Shown here: positions 25,120-36,546 of the stretch, piece after piece
Layout: each line of letters starts with the position of its first letter
Position numbering within the stretch: position 1 is the first letter of the stretch
Source of the DNA: Chlorokybus atmophyticus
Lineage: Eukaryota; Plantae; Mesostigma and Chlorokybus algae
Direction of reading: 5' to 3'
Assembly: GCA_009103225.1 (NCBI GenBank)
Contig: RHPI01000810.1
Coordinates: forward strand, 1,043,965 to 1,107,964
Length of the DNA stretch: 64,000 bases
Position numbers and translations under genes: made by a program
Notes under the pieces: generated by a model
The model's input: only the letters and a program-made list of their open reading frames with translations
Told to the model about the DNA's origin: nothing
Database searches by the model: none

Positions 25120-26729
25120 TCACTCATCATCACGAGCACCTTCCTTGTGAGCATCAACATCGGCGGGATGGTGTGCAACCCCAGCGTACTTGTCTTTCGC
25201 TACGTACTTGTTCTTGACAGATTCTTCCATCTCAAGCTCCGGAAGGTGTTGTTCAAACGAATCCACATCGAACAAATGCTTGATCACTGCAGAACATGCA
25301 CATATCATTGACTGCTGCAGCAATTTCAGCGCCCAAGTACGTTCGTGCGTGCCGATACTATAAAGAATGCAAGGTACGTACTGTAATCAGAGGGTTTGCC
25401 ACTGAAGTGACCATTCGGACCATACGCATTTCCATACTCTTCACTGCCACTTGCATTGTACCAGGTGTGGACTGTTTGACCTGCATACAAATGCCACGGA
25501 TCAGGGATACATTCAATACATTCAACAGCATCATACCATCACACAAGGGGCAGTATGTGCACATGATGACCACTACTAACAACAGTTCGAGGCCATCCAA
25601 GGCCGTTTCCACTCACCCATGACGCCATGAGTGTGCTGAGACAAGCTGCGAGGGGAATCGAGAGCCAAGTTCAGCATGAGCTAGGATATGCAGAGAGAAA
25701 AGCCACAGCGTTGCAATGCAAGAGTGTTGATAGATAGCAAGACAGGGGGAGAACTTACCCTGGTCCTTGGAAGCCCAAGTTCAGGTATGGTGACGTGCGC
25801 CGGGCTGCGAGACTCGCCACGACGGAGAAAGCAATGTTCACAAACTTAATGGCAACAACTTTGTCCTGTCAAGGAAACTCAGCTGGCGTCAGCACACAGT
25901 GACAACATAACAGTTTGCAAACAGCACGTGCATGCTCGCACCTCCAGACGGATGAGTTCATAGTCGGCAGTTTTAACTGAGGAGTCTATCCGCGTGCCAT
26001 CTTCAAACTCGGCCACCAAAAGACTGTCGTGGCCCTCAGCAGCAGAGGCAGTCGCGCCTACCTGCCATGTCGGTGGCTGTGAGAACACAGAACAGCACAG
26101 GTGCATGTGCATGCACAGCGAGAGTGGCACAGTGTTGCATGCAGCTGCCCAGACATACATACCCGGATGATGATGTGGTGGTCGCGCTTGAAGGTGCCAG
26201 CGGAGTTGTTTCCAATGGCAGCTGCAGCAGGCACAGAGACGCCAATGGCTTGGATGACGGTCACCCACAAGGGGCTACCATCTGCAGCTTGTTGAAGGGG
26301 CCTGGAGACGAGAGTGACGCCGACCCAGATGCGGGAGGTTGGGTCGTATAGAAAGGCGTAGTTCGATTGTGGGAGGCCCCGGACGCCCTGAAAGTCAAAG
26401 CGCTGCCCCTGGAAGCCAGTGAGGTGAGGGTCGCCGTGGGAGGCGGTGCAGGTGCAGGGGAGTGCGCCTCCGGATGAAGTGCACATGCCGTTGCCAGGCA
26501 TGCAATTGACGCCGCAACCCCCGCCTACACAGTCTTGTGTCGGTTTGGGACAATCGCCTGTGCAGCCACAATATAGGGAGACACGGTTGCACTGGTTGTT
26601 GCAGTAGCATATACAGCCGTCGTTGCCACAGACTGCAGCTGATGTGACCGGCAGCGACAACAGCAGCACGCACAGGAGCGTCCACAGCAGCGCAAAGACT
26701 TGCGGAGCACAACGCCATCGAGAGGCCAT
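25120..26729 (-). CDS. Secreted Cys-rich protein with a root-cap/LEA-related (VWD-like) domain, 6 exons
   Basis: Hydrophobic signal peptide (MASRWRCAPQVFALLWTLLCVLLLSLPVTSA) and a Cys-rich N-region. The motifs SHGDPHLTGFQGQRFDFQG, LWVTVIQAIGV, YLNLGF, HTHGVMGQT and DYMIKHLFDVD appear in the same order as in plant root-cap-family proteins. GT-AG splicing keeps the frame (exon 1 26729-26163, exon 2 26061-25942, then four more). Confidence 0.75.
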
Positions 26730-28109
26730 CCTGCACTGAGACCAACGCAGAGTAAGTACAAGCTGCAGGTGGACACAGGACTGAGCGACCGCATGTACAC
26801 TCTCACAGAAGGTAAGAGATTGCCATGCAGCCCAGTTTAACCACTACATGTGCTCAGCAGTTTGCAAAATACTGAGCGCACCTTGCAGTTTAACAGCAAG
26901 CAGCGCTGCAATTGCTCAGTAGTTTGTTGCTGTGCAGCCATGCTATCTCAGAAGTCCCTAGACAGCACATGTGTGTGATGATGTACAGCTCTATGTGCTA
27001 TTCAAGGCCCACACAGACGCTGCGCTTAGTGGTTTGTTGCTATGTAGGCATGCTATCTCACTAATACCTAGACAGCATATTGTCGCGCCACGTATCCTCG
27101 ATTGCCATGTTATTTTGATGCACCCACTAGCACATGTCGACAATGCTGCTACTCATACACAACAATGCAATTTCATGCAATATTTGCTCCTTCTCTTCAT
27201 ACACTAATATGATTAGCTACATGTGTAGTAAACAGGCTACACGAGGGTGATGATGATGACCTCCTCCTTATAGATGTACTTGCTAAGCAGGGCACGATGG
27301 GATGCGCCAGTGTCACACGCTCACACAACAACAGTCTAAGCTAAGGCACTAATTACATACAACACACAAAGATGTATTGCACTAGTGTTATGGCACTTAT
27401 ATGGCACTTATAACTAAGTATGGTATGGTAACTTGCTGACCAGATAGCTACATCTGTTCAGTCACACTTCTTACATAATGAACAAGCCAATGATACTTGT
27501 CTTGATCTAGCACAACCAACAAAAAATGCACTAGGCCATGGTCAAAGCTACTTGGACTTGCTCTCCTCCAGCTCCAATCCACGCCTCCAATAATGAGTAG
27601 ATCGTCTCCATGACCAGCTCTTGACTGCCACATGGATGCCCACTCCTTCCACCGATCCTTCTCCACTCACAACTCCCGAAATAGTTCCAATTACACCCAT
27701 TAAATCTGAGTTACGCTGATGTCCGGTTACACTGACTGTAACTCGCCAAATGCACTTCCCCTCACTCAATAACATTCTCATCTACCTTCCCATCACAAAA
27801 CCCAACAGACATTATTGTCTAGATATGCTTCTACAAGCATATTTAACTACCTCATGCCTACAACCAGCCCACGGTCTGTTGTTCCCTTGCAGGTAGTCAT
27901 ATCCCGAGACAACCTAGCTCAAGTCCTTCACTGGCATGACAACATGCATGTAATAATGTACAGCCATATGTGCTAATTGAAGGCCCACACAGCCGATGCC
28001 AGCTGCTTGCAAGGCTTTTAAGAGATGCGTTGTTGCACTGCTGCTGCGCGCATATGGTAACCACATAATATACGTATGAATGCATGGCTAAAAGCAAGCG
28101 TCATCTACT

Positions 28110-30743
28110 ATGACTCACGTGTGCATGCCAGAGTTGTGCGCAAAAGATATCGCAAGCATGCAACCTTTCTGTCGTGACTGCAAGCCTGATAAAGTGTACT
28201 GCGCTTGTAACAATTGTCAAGGGCTTCAGCCGACACCAGTCAACGTGCGCGAACAAACTCGACACATTCAAAAGTATGAACGCATGGTAAGCGTTGCTGC
28301 TATAGCAATGCAAATTGTGCCAGCATTGTGTATGCAATAGATATGTCTATTTGATCAGAACACAGCACTTACACGCGTTGAACCTCCTTGAGATCATGTG
28401 TACTGCAGTCCAATCATGCCAATGCTGGCGGTCAACACCAACAGGTGCATTACTAGGTAAGGCAGCACCAATCCATTAAGTTATGGAATGTGGCTGGTTC
28501 GAGCAAAATGTGCGACATACAATGCCATCGCGAGCGCACGCACAGTGTTTATTAAACTGCATAAGTGTACAAAATACTTGAACCCAGAGGCTTACACGTG
28601 CATGGCAGGCAAGCCACAATGGGGAAGTACACAATGCGACCGCGGCTACTGTCGAGGTGAATGCACAAGAGACTGTGCAGCATCACGCAGCGGATGTTTC
28701 AAGCAATACATGGGAAGAAGAGCCAGCAGCGCTGCCCACAAGTTTGTGGGTAGACAGGTATTGTGCGTGATTGTTGTAGTGAAGATGACGTGATGCAGCC
28801 ACAACCCTAACCCTCCCTCTTTAGCAACACATTTCCCCTGTTGCGCAGCATGATTGGTGAAGCGGTTGAAACGGACGCTGAACATGCTGCAACTTCTGAC
28901 ATTTGTGAAAACAATGGTGGAGTGGAGGTCGATGAAGTTGACTTTCTAAATGAGTTTGAGGCAAGGGAGGCAGATGTGGACACGTTTTGCGAGGATCTAT
29001 CGCACATGCACACAGCAGGAGGCGCTGTTTCTAGGTAGTGACCTGACAGTCGAGATGGCTGCTTCACTGTTGTTGGACTTAAAGTTGAAAGGCACTTCCA
29101 GTGCAGCTGATCTTGATCGATCCTATCCGCACTGCTGCATGAGCGCATGCTACCACATGGCAACAAGTTGCATTACAATAAGCATCAGCTTCTGCGTTTC
29201 CTTCGTCTTATGGGACTGCCGCTGCCGGCACAACGCTTTGATGTATGTGAGAATGACTGCACGCTGTTCTGGGGAGCGCACGCAGACACGCAACAACACT
29301 ATCCCATCTGCCTTTCAACAAGGCAAGTGCTATATGCCATGGCGGACAGTGCATGTAGAGCTTGCAAACCAAACTACTACGTATGTACCTCACCCTTCTG
29401 GCTGGCAAATGCAACCACTTGCTTAGCTCCAAACGCTTGCCAGGTACAAAGCACAATCGTCGCGTTCAGGTGTCCTTACGCCCAAGAAAATGTTCCACTA
29501 TCTGTCATTAATTCCGAGCATCAAAGCGAGCCTGTCGCTTGCAAGACTTTTCCAGCAAGCTGATTGCGCATGCCACAAACCGTTCTGCTGATGAATGGAT
29601 GCGTAGCATTCATGACTCTCCAACGTGGTCTAAGCTTGAGGCAAGCTATGCTGAGTTTCGTGAGGACCCGCGTCATCTGAGGCTTGGATTCACGACTGAT
29701 GGGGTTAACCCCTTCAAGCGAGGACCATCAGCGCAGAGCTCGTACACGGTCTGGCCCTTGACAGTTCTCTGCTACAACCTTCCTCCGTGGCTGACTTTCA
29801 AAAAAGAGTACATGTGGACCATTGGTGTCATCCCGGGTAAGCACTTAGGCAGTAGTCAAATGGATATGCTATTTCGCGTGAAGGCAATGCTTATAGCATG
29901 CTTGCATGACTACCCAGGGTATGGAAAAGCAGCTAATCGGCGAACTGGAAGACAAGTTGCATGCGTTATATGCGGGTCCTACTTCAAGGGGGAGTACATG
30001 CCATGGCTAAGGAAGTGCGTCTTCTGCAAGCACCGCCAATTCCTACCCCTCGACCACCCTTTACCAACCAGCATGGAGTGGGGCAGTCACGAGCTGCAGC
30101 CACCACCAGTGCCGATATCGCCAGAGTTTGTTCAACGTGCTCCAAGTGAAGCTGCAGCACATGAAGGGCCTGCACATCGAGACCCTGCTCGGGAGACTGG
30201 AGTCAAGGGTGTATCCTCATTTTACTGCGCTGCCATATCGGGCACAAGTCCCCGGACATCTGGTCGACCACATGCATGTGTTGTGTGTCAAACACAATCA
30301 AGCTCATTGTCATGTGTCTTACAAGGAAGAAAGGAGACGACGTCAAAGACAGACAAGTTGAGGTTATTACATTGATGCAGCTCCCTTACACTCTTTGTGC
30401 CGTGTCTGTGTATATGACTATGCATGCTCATGTGTGGCTTGCAGGTAAGATCTTATGGAGCAAGGAATTCGTGAGGAACTGTGGCCGATCACAAAATTCA
30501 ACAAAAAGGGGAAAGAATATGTCACGAAGCCACCTGCGCCATACGTGTTCACGGCGGACGAGATCAATGACATGGAGGCCCATGTGCTATCCATCGCACT
30601 TTGGTGGTAGCTCCTTAGCTGGCACACTGACAGGCGGAGGCAGGTACAAAGCCAAGACTCATGACTTGCACAACATAGGTAAGTCTTCAGCCATGCTTGT
30701 GCATGCTCAGCTGACATACTACTCCCTCCACACACACACATAT

Positions 30744-30793
<50 letters not shown>

Positions 30794-33301
30794 TCTCTCT
30801 CTCCCTCCTTCCCCGCACATGCATGCATGCGAACTGTCACGCGTGCGCATGTGCTGTGTCACACTCTCTCTTTCTCTTTCTCACTACCACACATACATGC
30901 ACATGCGAGCTGCCACTGAGTCACAATGCGTGCGCACGCGTGACACGTGCGCACGTGTTGTGCTAGTCTCGCTTTCTCTCTCGCACTACCATGCACGCAC
31001 TCATGCGAGCTGTCGCGCGTGTGTGCGTGCACGTGCACGTGCACTCACGCGCTCGGTCGTGCAGGTACAGTACTGCTGCCAGCTGTCATCACTGGAAAGC
31101 TTCAACCGAGGCAGCGCGCCACGCTGACAAAATTCTGCGATGCGCTAGCATGCATCAGCGCACCATGGATACCCAAGAGCCAAGCGGCGCTAGATGGCAT
31201 GGAATTGGACTTGTTAGAAGCCTTGTGCTTACTTGAACGAGACTTTCCTAGATCTATCTATCTTTACTATTTCTAACTCATCTTATACTGCATTCGACGC
31301 AGCAGCTACGCCGTTGCGGACCTGTACGGGGGTACATGGATGTTTGGGGCTGACCGCCGTATGCAACACATTTGCAAGCAGGGCACGAGTCGCAAGGCTC
31401 CAGAAGCAAGCATTGTTGTGTCGCAAGAGCTGGAGGAGATTGGTATGTGTGGCTCAAAGGCGTTGAGGTTGGTCTGGCCCCTTTGCTGGCGTTACTCTTG
31501 TTGATCCCTTGCACGACACTCCGGAGTTGTTTGGTGCGCCAAGCCGACGCAATCTAACACAGCAGGAAATCGGTATAATTAACGTATACGTCAAGAACAG
31601 CAACAAGGACGTTGAGACGCTTCATGAGTAAGTACACAACCCACTCATCCAATGCATTGCACAATGTTGTGTTTTGTGCTTACTGGCTGAATGTAGCTTG
31701 GCCGCATGCAGTATGCTAGACTCTGTTAACGAGGACAGGGAAAACAAGAGGCGCAAGTTGCGGCGTACTCACGGCAAAGCTAAGCGCACCCCTCCGGAGT
31801 TGCAACATCTCGACCCAGCTACATTCCTTATGCAGTATCCGGAAGATGTTCAAGGCTTTGATCGCACAACATGTGCATTGTTCATTGGCTGCCCTGCTAG
31901 TTGTCGAGCGTACACCCACATGAACTACCAGGGCAAGCACTACCGCATCGCGCGCTTTGAGCGTGGCAAATTAACCTTTGATTGCGGCGTGGAAGCGGGC
32001 TTTCGCAGTGAATTCCGGAGCCACAAAGGAGATCAACATCCCGAGTGGGCGACGCTACCCTATTGGGGCCTGGTGCTGGAAATTTTTGCTATCCCCTTCA
32101 TTGAAACTGAGGTAAGCTATCACCGTGCTAGGCTATGTTGCTCACATGTCGTCGCAATATCAACATATGAGAAGCCAACTTTGGTACATGACGTTTTGCA
32201 CACGCGCGCACACGCGCACGCGTGCGCGTGCGTGCGCGCGTGCTGATGTGCTGTTGTTGTAGTTGGTATTGTGCAGGGTAAGAAGCCGTTTGCGAACGGT
32301 GTTCAAGCTACCACAGACACGGGGCGGTTCTGGGTCGAAAGGACGGAATTTTTTCAGGCAAGATGATGAGCCGTATATTGATGCCAATCGCATCGTTGGC
32401 CAGGTGTTCTTCGTTCCCCTGGGTGTCAAGCATCCGGGCACGCTCATGGACCTTGAAAAAGAAGTTGCAAACCGAGCTCCATTTGTGAAGTCAGTGCGCG
32501 TGGAGATTGCAGATCCCGACCCTCTTCCCTCTCCAAGACGTGAAGTTACGACGCGAGGTGTGCGTGAAGCTACCTTACTTGAGGCTCGCAAGCAATACAG
32601 CGTTGGAGCTGGTGCAGACACAGCACATGCCGGCGTTGAGGAAGAGCGGCTAAGCAATTCAGGTGTGTTTGCCGCTGCAAGCTTGCTCGCTTCTTATGAG
32701 CTCGCAACAAAAAGCTGCCAACAAATGACTAATTGTATGTGTGCAGACCTGGAGGAGGCACCCAGTGATATAAGTGAGTGCAATGCTGAGCATTTGCACG
32801 TGCAGTGACGTCATGTCAACAACTGCCAAGGCATAGCGCACGCTAACATTCAATTGTTGCAGAGCTACAGGAGGACGATGATTGGGTGACGCCAGGAAAT
32901 CCAGCGCAGTGAGAGCACCGTTTTTTCCAAGATTCCATGCATTCGTGTGCAGAGGTTCCAGCAAGTAGCCGCAGGCCATCATAATGGGCCCGCTCGGTTA
33001 CATGGCTTCTCTCACCCCTAAACGCCCCCTCCGCCCTTCAGCGGTCGGCACCGTGCCGAGTGATTCAGTCTCCTACCTTCCACCCTCCAGCTCTCACCGC
33101 CCCGCCAGTTCCTGCTGCGCCGCTCGGCCAGCTTCCCCCGACCCGCAGCACCCAAGCTCTTCCTTGCCCTCCGCCCCAGCCCCTGCAGCCCTCGCTTTTT
33201 ATGGCCAGCCCCTTCCGCCCTCGAAGCCCCCGCCCTCACCGTCCCTGCAGCTCTGGACAGGCCCGGCATCGCAATCTTTGTCGGCTCCGAGCTTAGGCTA
33301 A
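28110..33301 (+). mobile_element. EnSpm/CACTA (CMC) transposase gene, multi-exon, probably degenerate
   Basis: N-terminal CACNNC..RHI motif and LPHGNKLHY..FDVCENDCTLF. Transposase_21-like core IHDSPTW..RHLRLGFTTDGVNPFK..WPLTVLCYNLPPW..VIPG and LHDYPGYG. DUF4218-like LCLLERDFP..LTHLILH..CGPVRGTWMFGADR. Frameshifts near 29120 and 31260. TIRs were not identified. Confidence 0.88.
30745..30800. repeat. (TC)n microsatellite in a transposase intron
   Basis: Direct read. Confidence 0.9.
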
Positions 33302-33849
33302 GCATGTTCTGGTAGTTTAGAGAGCGTTTGTGCTGCTGGTCTTTATTATGCATCAATGTAACATTGATAACCAAAGTAGTCTGTTGCACAGTCAGTGCAA
33401 CATCTGCGAAATGGTAGGCATACAACCATTGCGTTGCATTCCATGTTGCTATAGATAAGCACTTGGCACCGTTACACTTGAAGGCTTAAAGTACAACAAC
33501 TGCAACTGATGGTGAGCCAGTAACTAGAGCCATTTGCAAAGTGCGCGCACATTAAGACGCATGTGTCTTGGGTTCAACGCGCATCTTACATCTTCAAGCT
33601 GTACGTGCAGCTGATTTTCAGCTGCAGAGTCTTACAGTCACACTCACACCTCATGAAGCATTGTTGCATTGAGGTTAGGTAAGATGCAGGCGTGTGATGT
33701 TGAGATATTGTTTAAGATGTAAAGTACTTACACTACATGCATGCTGCTAGTTCAGACGTTTGCAACTGAACATTAGATGACAGTCACTGCACATCTTAGA
33801 GACGTCTTCAAAGGGCTTTTGCAGTGATTATCTGAGCCCTGAGGAAGGG

Positions 33850-35925
33850 GGAGCAGCTCCAGCGCCTGCAAAACCCCACCGCCACTATGAACAGCTTGTG
33901 CAAGTTGGCCAAGAGTACTTGGCCACGGCCTTAGCTATAGATTGGGGTGAGGAGGGGTAGCTACCCAATGTATGCCGTTGCCAATGTCCTGCTCCTGGAG
34001 ACTGAGTGTTAGCAAGCTAGAGGCTGCCTCCCACTCCCACATGCCAGGAGGTGGAGCTCGGAAGCTCCAGCATTTTAGCAGCACGGGGCTGAAAACGGGA
34101 TTCTGGTTCTTGCCAGTTACGTTTGTGCTTGCCAGCACAAACGGGAATGGAGAAGGTTGCTGGCACCGCGAATGCCATGTTGGGCCGTCTTGGCAGCGGA
34201 GAACCACTATGAGACAGACCTTGAGAGGATCCTAGAGTGGCTTGCTCGGTGAGAGAGAGCGCTCCTTGCTTGCACGAGGAGAGGAGGGCGAAGTCTTAGA
34301 CGAGAGTTGTTCCAGAGTTGAGGACGACGGTGGAGAGGGGAAAAGGCGTTGCGCCAAGGACTGACGCTGCAAGGAAAGTGCAGGCTCAAAGAGAGGAGCT
34401 GGTGCCTGTGGTGTGCGAGCTTTGCGTAACACACTCCACTCAACCAAGGCCTGCTACAGTGATAGGCCCAGCGTCGCTGTGCGCCAAGCTGCACGCTGCA
34501 TCCAGATCTTCCCGAACAGCCAGCTGCGCCCCAGCGCTGGCCCGCACCCGCTGGCATTGAGCAGTGGAGGTCACTCACAGTTTATACCGGAAGAAGGTAG
34601 AGTCTCCCTTTGCGCTTGCCAGTTCCACGCACTAAAAGTACGTTGAGCATGGCAAAGGAAACATCCAACTCTGCAGTGTCCGTTTTGAGAGGAAGCCCCA
34701 TCAATCCCAACGCCTTGCACTTGCTGTCGCAACCACAGACAGTGACGCTGGCGGCGTTGCCGAAAACTAGAAGCTTTGAGACTCTCATGCCGGATGCTTG
34801 CCCAACATCAGACATGCACACCTGCGCCGCCTGCCAGGCGTCCAAAGGGTGCGGGCCCAGCATCGGCACAAGAAAAAAAAACAGTGTCGATGGGAGCGTC
34901 CCCGACATCCATCCCCACCCCCTCCAGCGCCTGTATAAGCCAACCCACCTCGGAAGTCTCAGGCGCAGCTCCCGTAGGCGCCGACTGGGACAGGTCCACA
35001 GCAAGCGGCTCCGTCTCCCGCTCTTCTTCTTCCATCACATCACTCCAGAGCTGCCTGGCGGAGGGAGAGGACGGGGCCGAGGGCAGCAACCATCGAGACA
35101 ACTTGTCCTTGAAGCAAGGGTGAGTAGTAGGGTCCTTGTCCGCGGGCTCATGGTTTTGCGAAGTCCCCACGCTCAGCTTTTGCTTTGGCACGGAGCGCCA
35201 GTCAGAAGTACTTGCCGGCGCTGCAGCAACTGAGAGAGCCTGGCGCCTGCTGAAGAGCGGGGCTGATGGGCAAGAGAAGAAGAGGACCGTTGGGCTGTGC
35301 AGCTGCTCCGGCACCTGCAGGCGCTGGCGGAAGCTGAGCCGCTCAGCTTCCGCCAGCCGGTGGCAGGTGCTGACTTTTTGCCTGCTGCTGACGAGCAACG
35401 GACGGTCCTTGACCCGCAGGCTGTGTCTGCCTGGAGGCATTCATGGGACAATGCATGCGCGCGTATGACCAGGCTGAGAATACAACAGTGACACACCACA
35501 GGCGAGGGTAAAGTGACAATGTCCACCGTGTACGTGTGCCATTGCCCGTTCAGCTAGACCCGAATGGAGAGTTTCTTGGGCACCACCAAACCAGGTGTGA
35601 GGAGGAAGCGGTACTCAGTGTTCGAAGTCTCACATGGGGGAGGAGGGCATGCTTGGTGGTTGGGCAAGAACGGACCCAACACCCCGCACTTCTGCACTGC
35701 CGTTTGAGCAAAGGGTAACAACTCCGGGCGCATCCCCAAGAACGAGATCCAGATCTGGTGGACGCCACATTTCCCCAACGCACGACCGTCACCTTCTTCC
35801 CGGCACAGGTTCTTCTGTGCACGGTCATACACCAGGGCCGCTCCAACCCGAGAGGAGAAGACACAATGAAACTCCCCCAGAGCTGATGGGATAAACTTGA
35901 GACAAGAGCCCGGTGGTGGCTGCAT
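33850..35925 (-). mobile_element. Probable degenerate L1-type LINE: ORF1 (RRM-like + CCHC knuckle) and start of ORF2
   Basis: IWISFLGMRPELLPFAQTAVQKCGVLG resembles the L1 ORF1 RRM region. A frameshifted VCHCC..QPGHTR..CP knuckle lies near 35440-35500, followed by a long S/P-rich tail. SWHVG..LSLQE near 33990-34060 loosely resembles the APE endonuclease start (SWNVRG..LQE). Confidence 0.45.
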
Positions 35926-36546
35926 CTACCGTGGCGTCACATGCTGATTGCAACCATGCAATACGGACACTGCACATGCACACCATTGCATATATTCTAC
36001 ACTAGTAGCTGAAAACAAAGCCGGAGTAGAATCAAGGAACAAGATACGTGCACACGAGTTAAGAGTGTGGCGCCATAACTTACCTACCAACACCACGGTG
36101 CTACGGATTGCAATCATCGCCACTGATGATTCTTGAGCCACACAATCATATTGTGAACACTTGTAAAGATGTTGAGCTATTGATTTATTGCAGCTACTCA
36201 CAATTGCAAGCCGATTGGTGGTGACAAATTGCACTTGCGCATTGTTGCTACCATCATGTTGTCATGTCACCTCGCGTTGTAAACACTTGCATTACACACG
36301 TGAACATTATACTATAATATCATGTTGATATTGCATACACACAAATTACTACATTTCTTGCTTTAACCATTGTCATCCACTATTAGCCAAAATAGTTTTG
36401 TTACACAAGCTATACATCCATAACGCATCTATTGCATTGGTGCATAAGGATGGACAATACGAACAATACGCAACTCACCCAACCAGCCCACTGCTGCAAT
36501 AGATGCATCTTGCATCTTACAAAATTCTTCCCTTGCATTTGCACAT

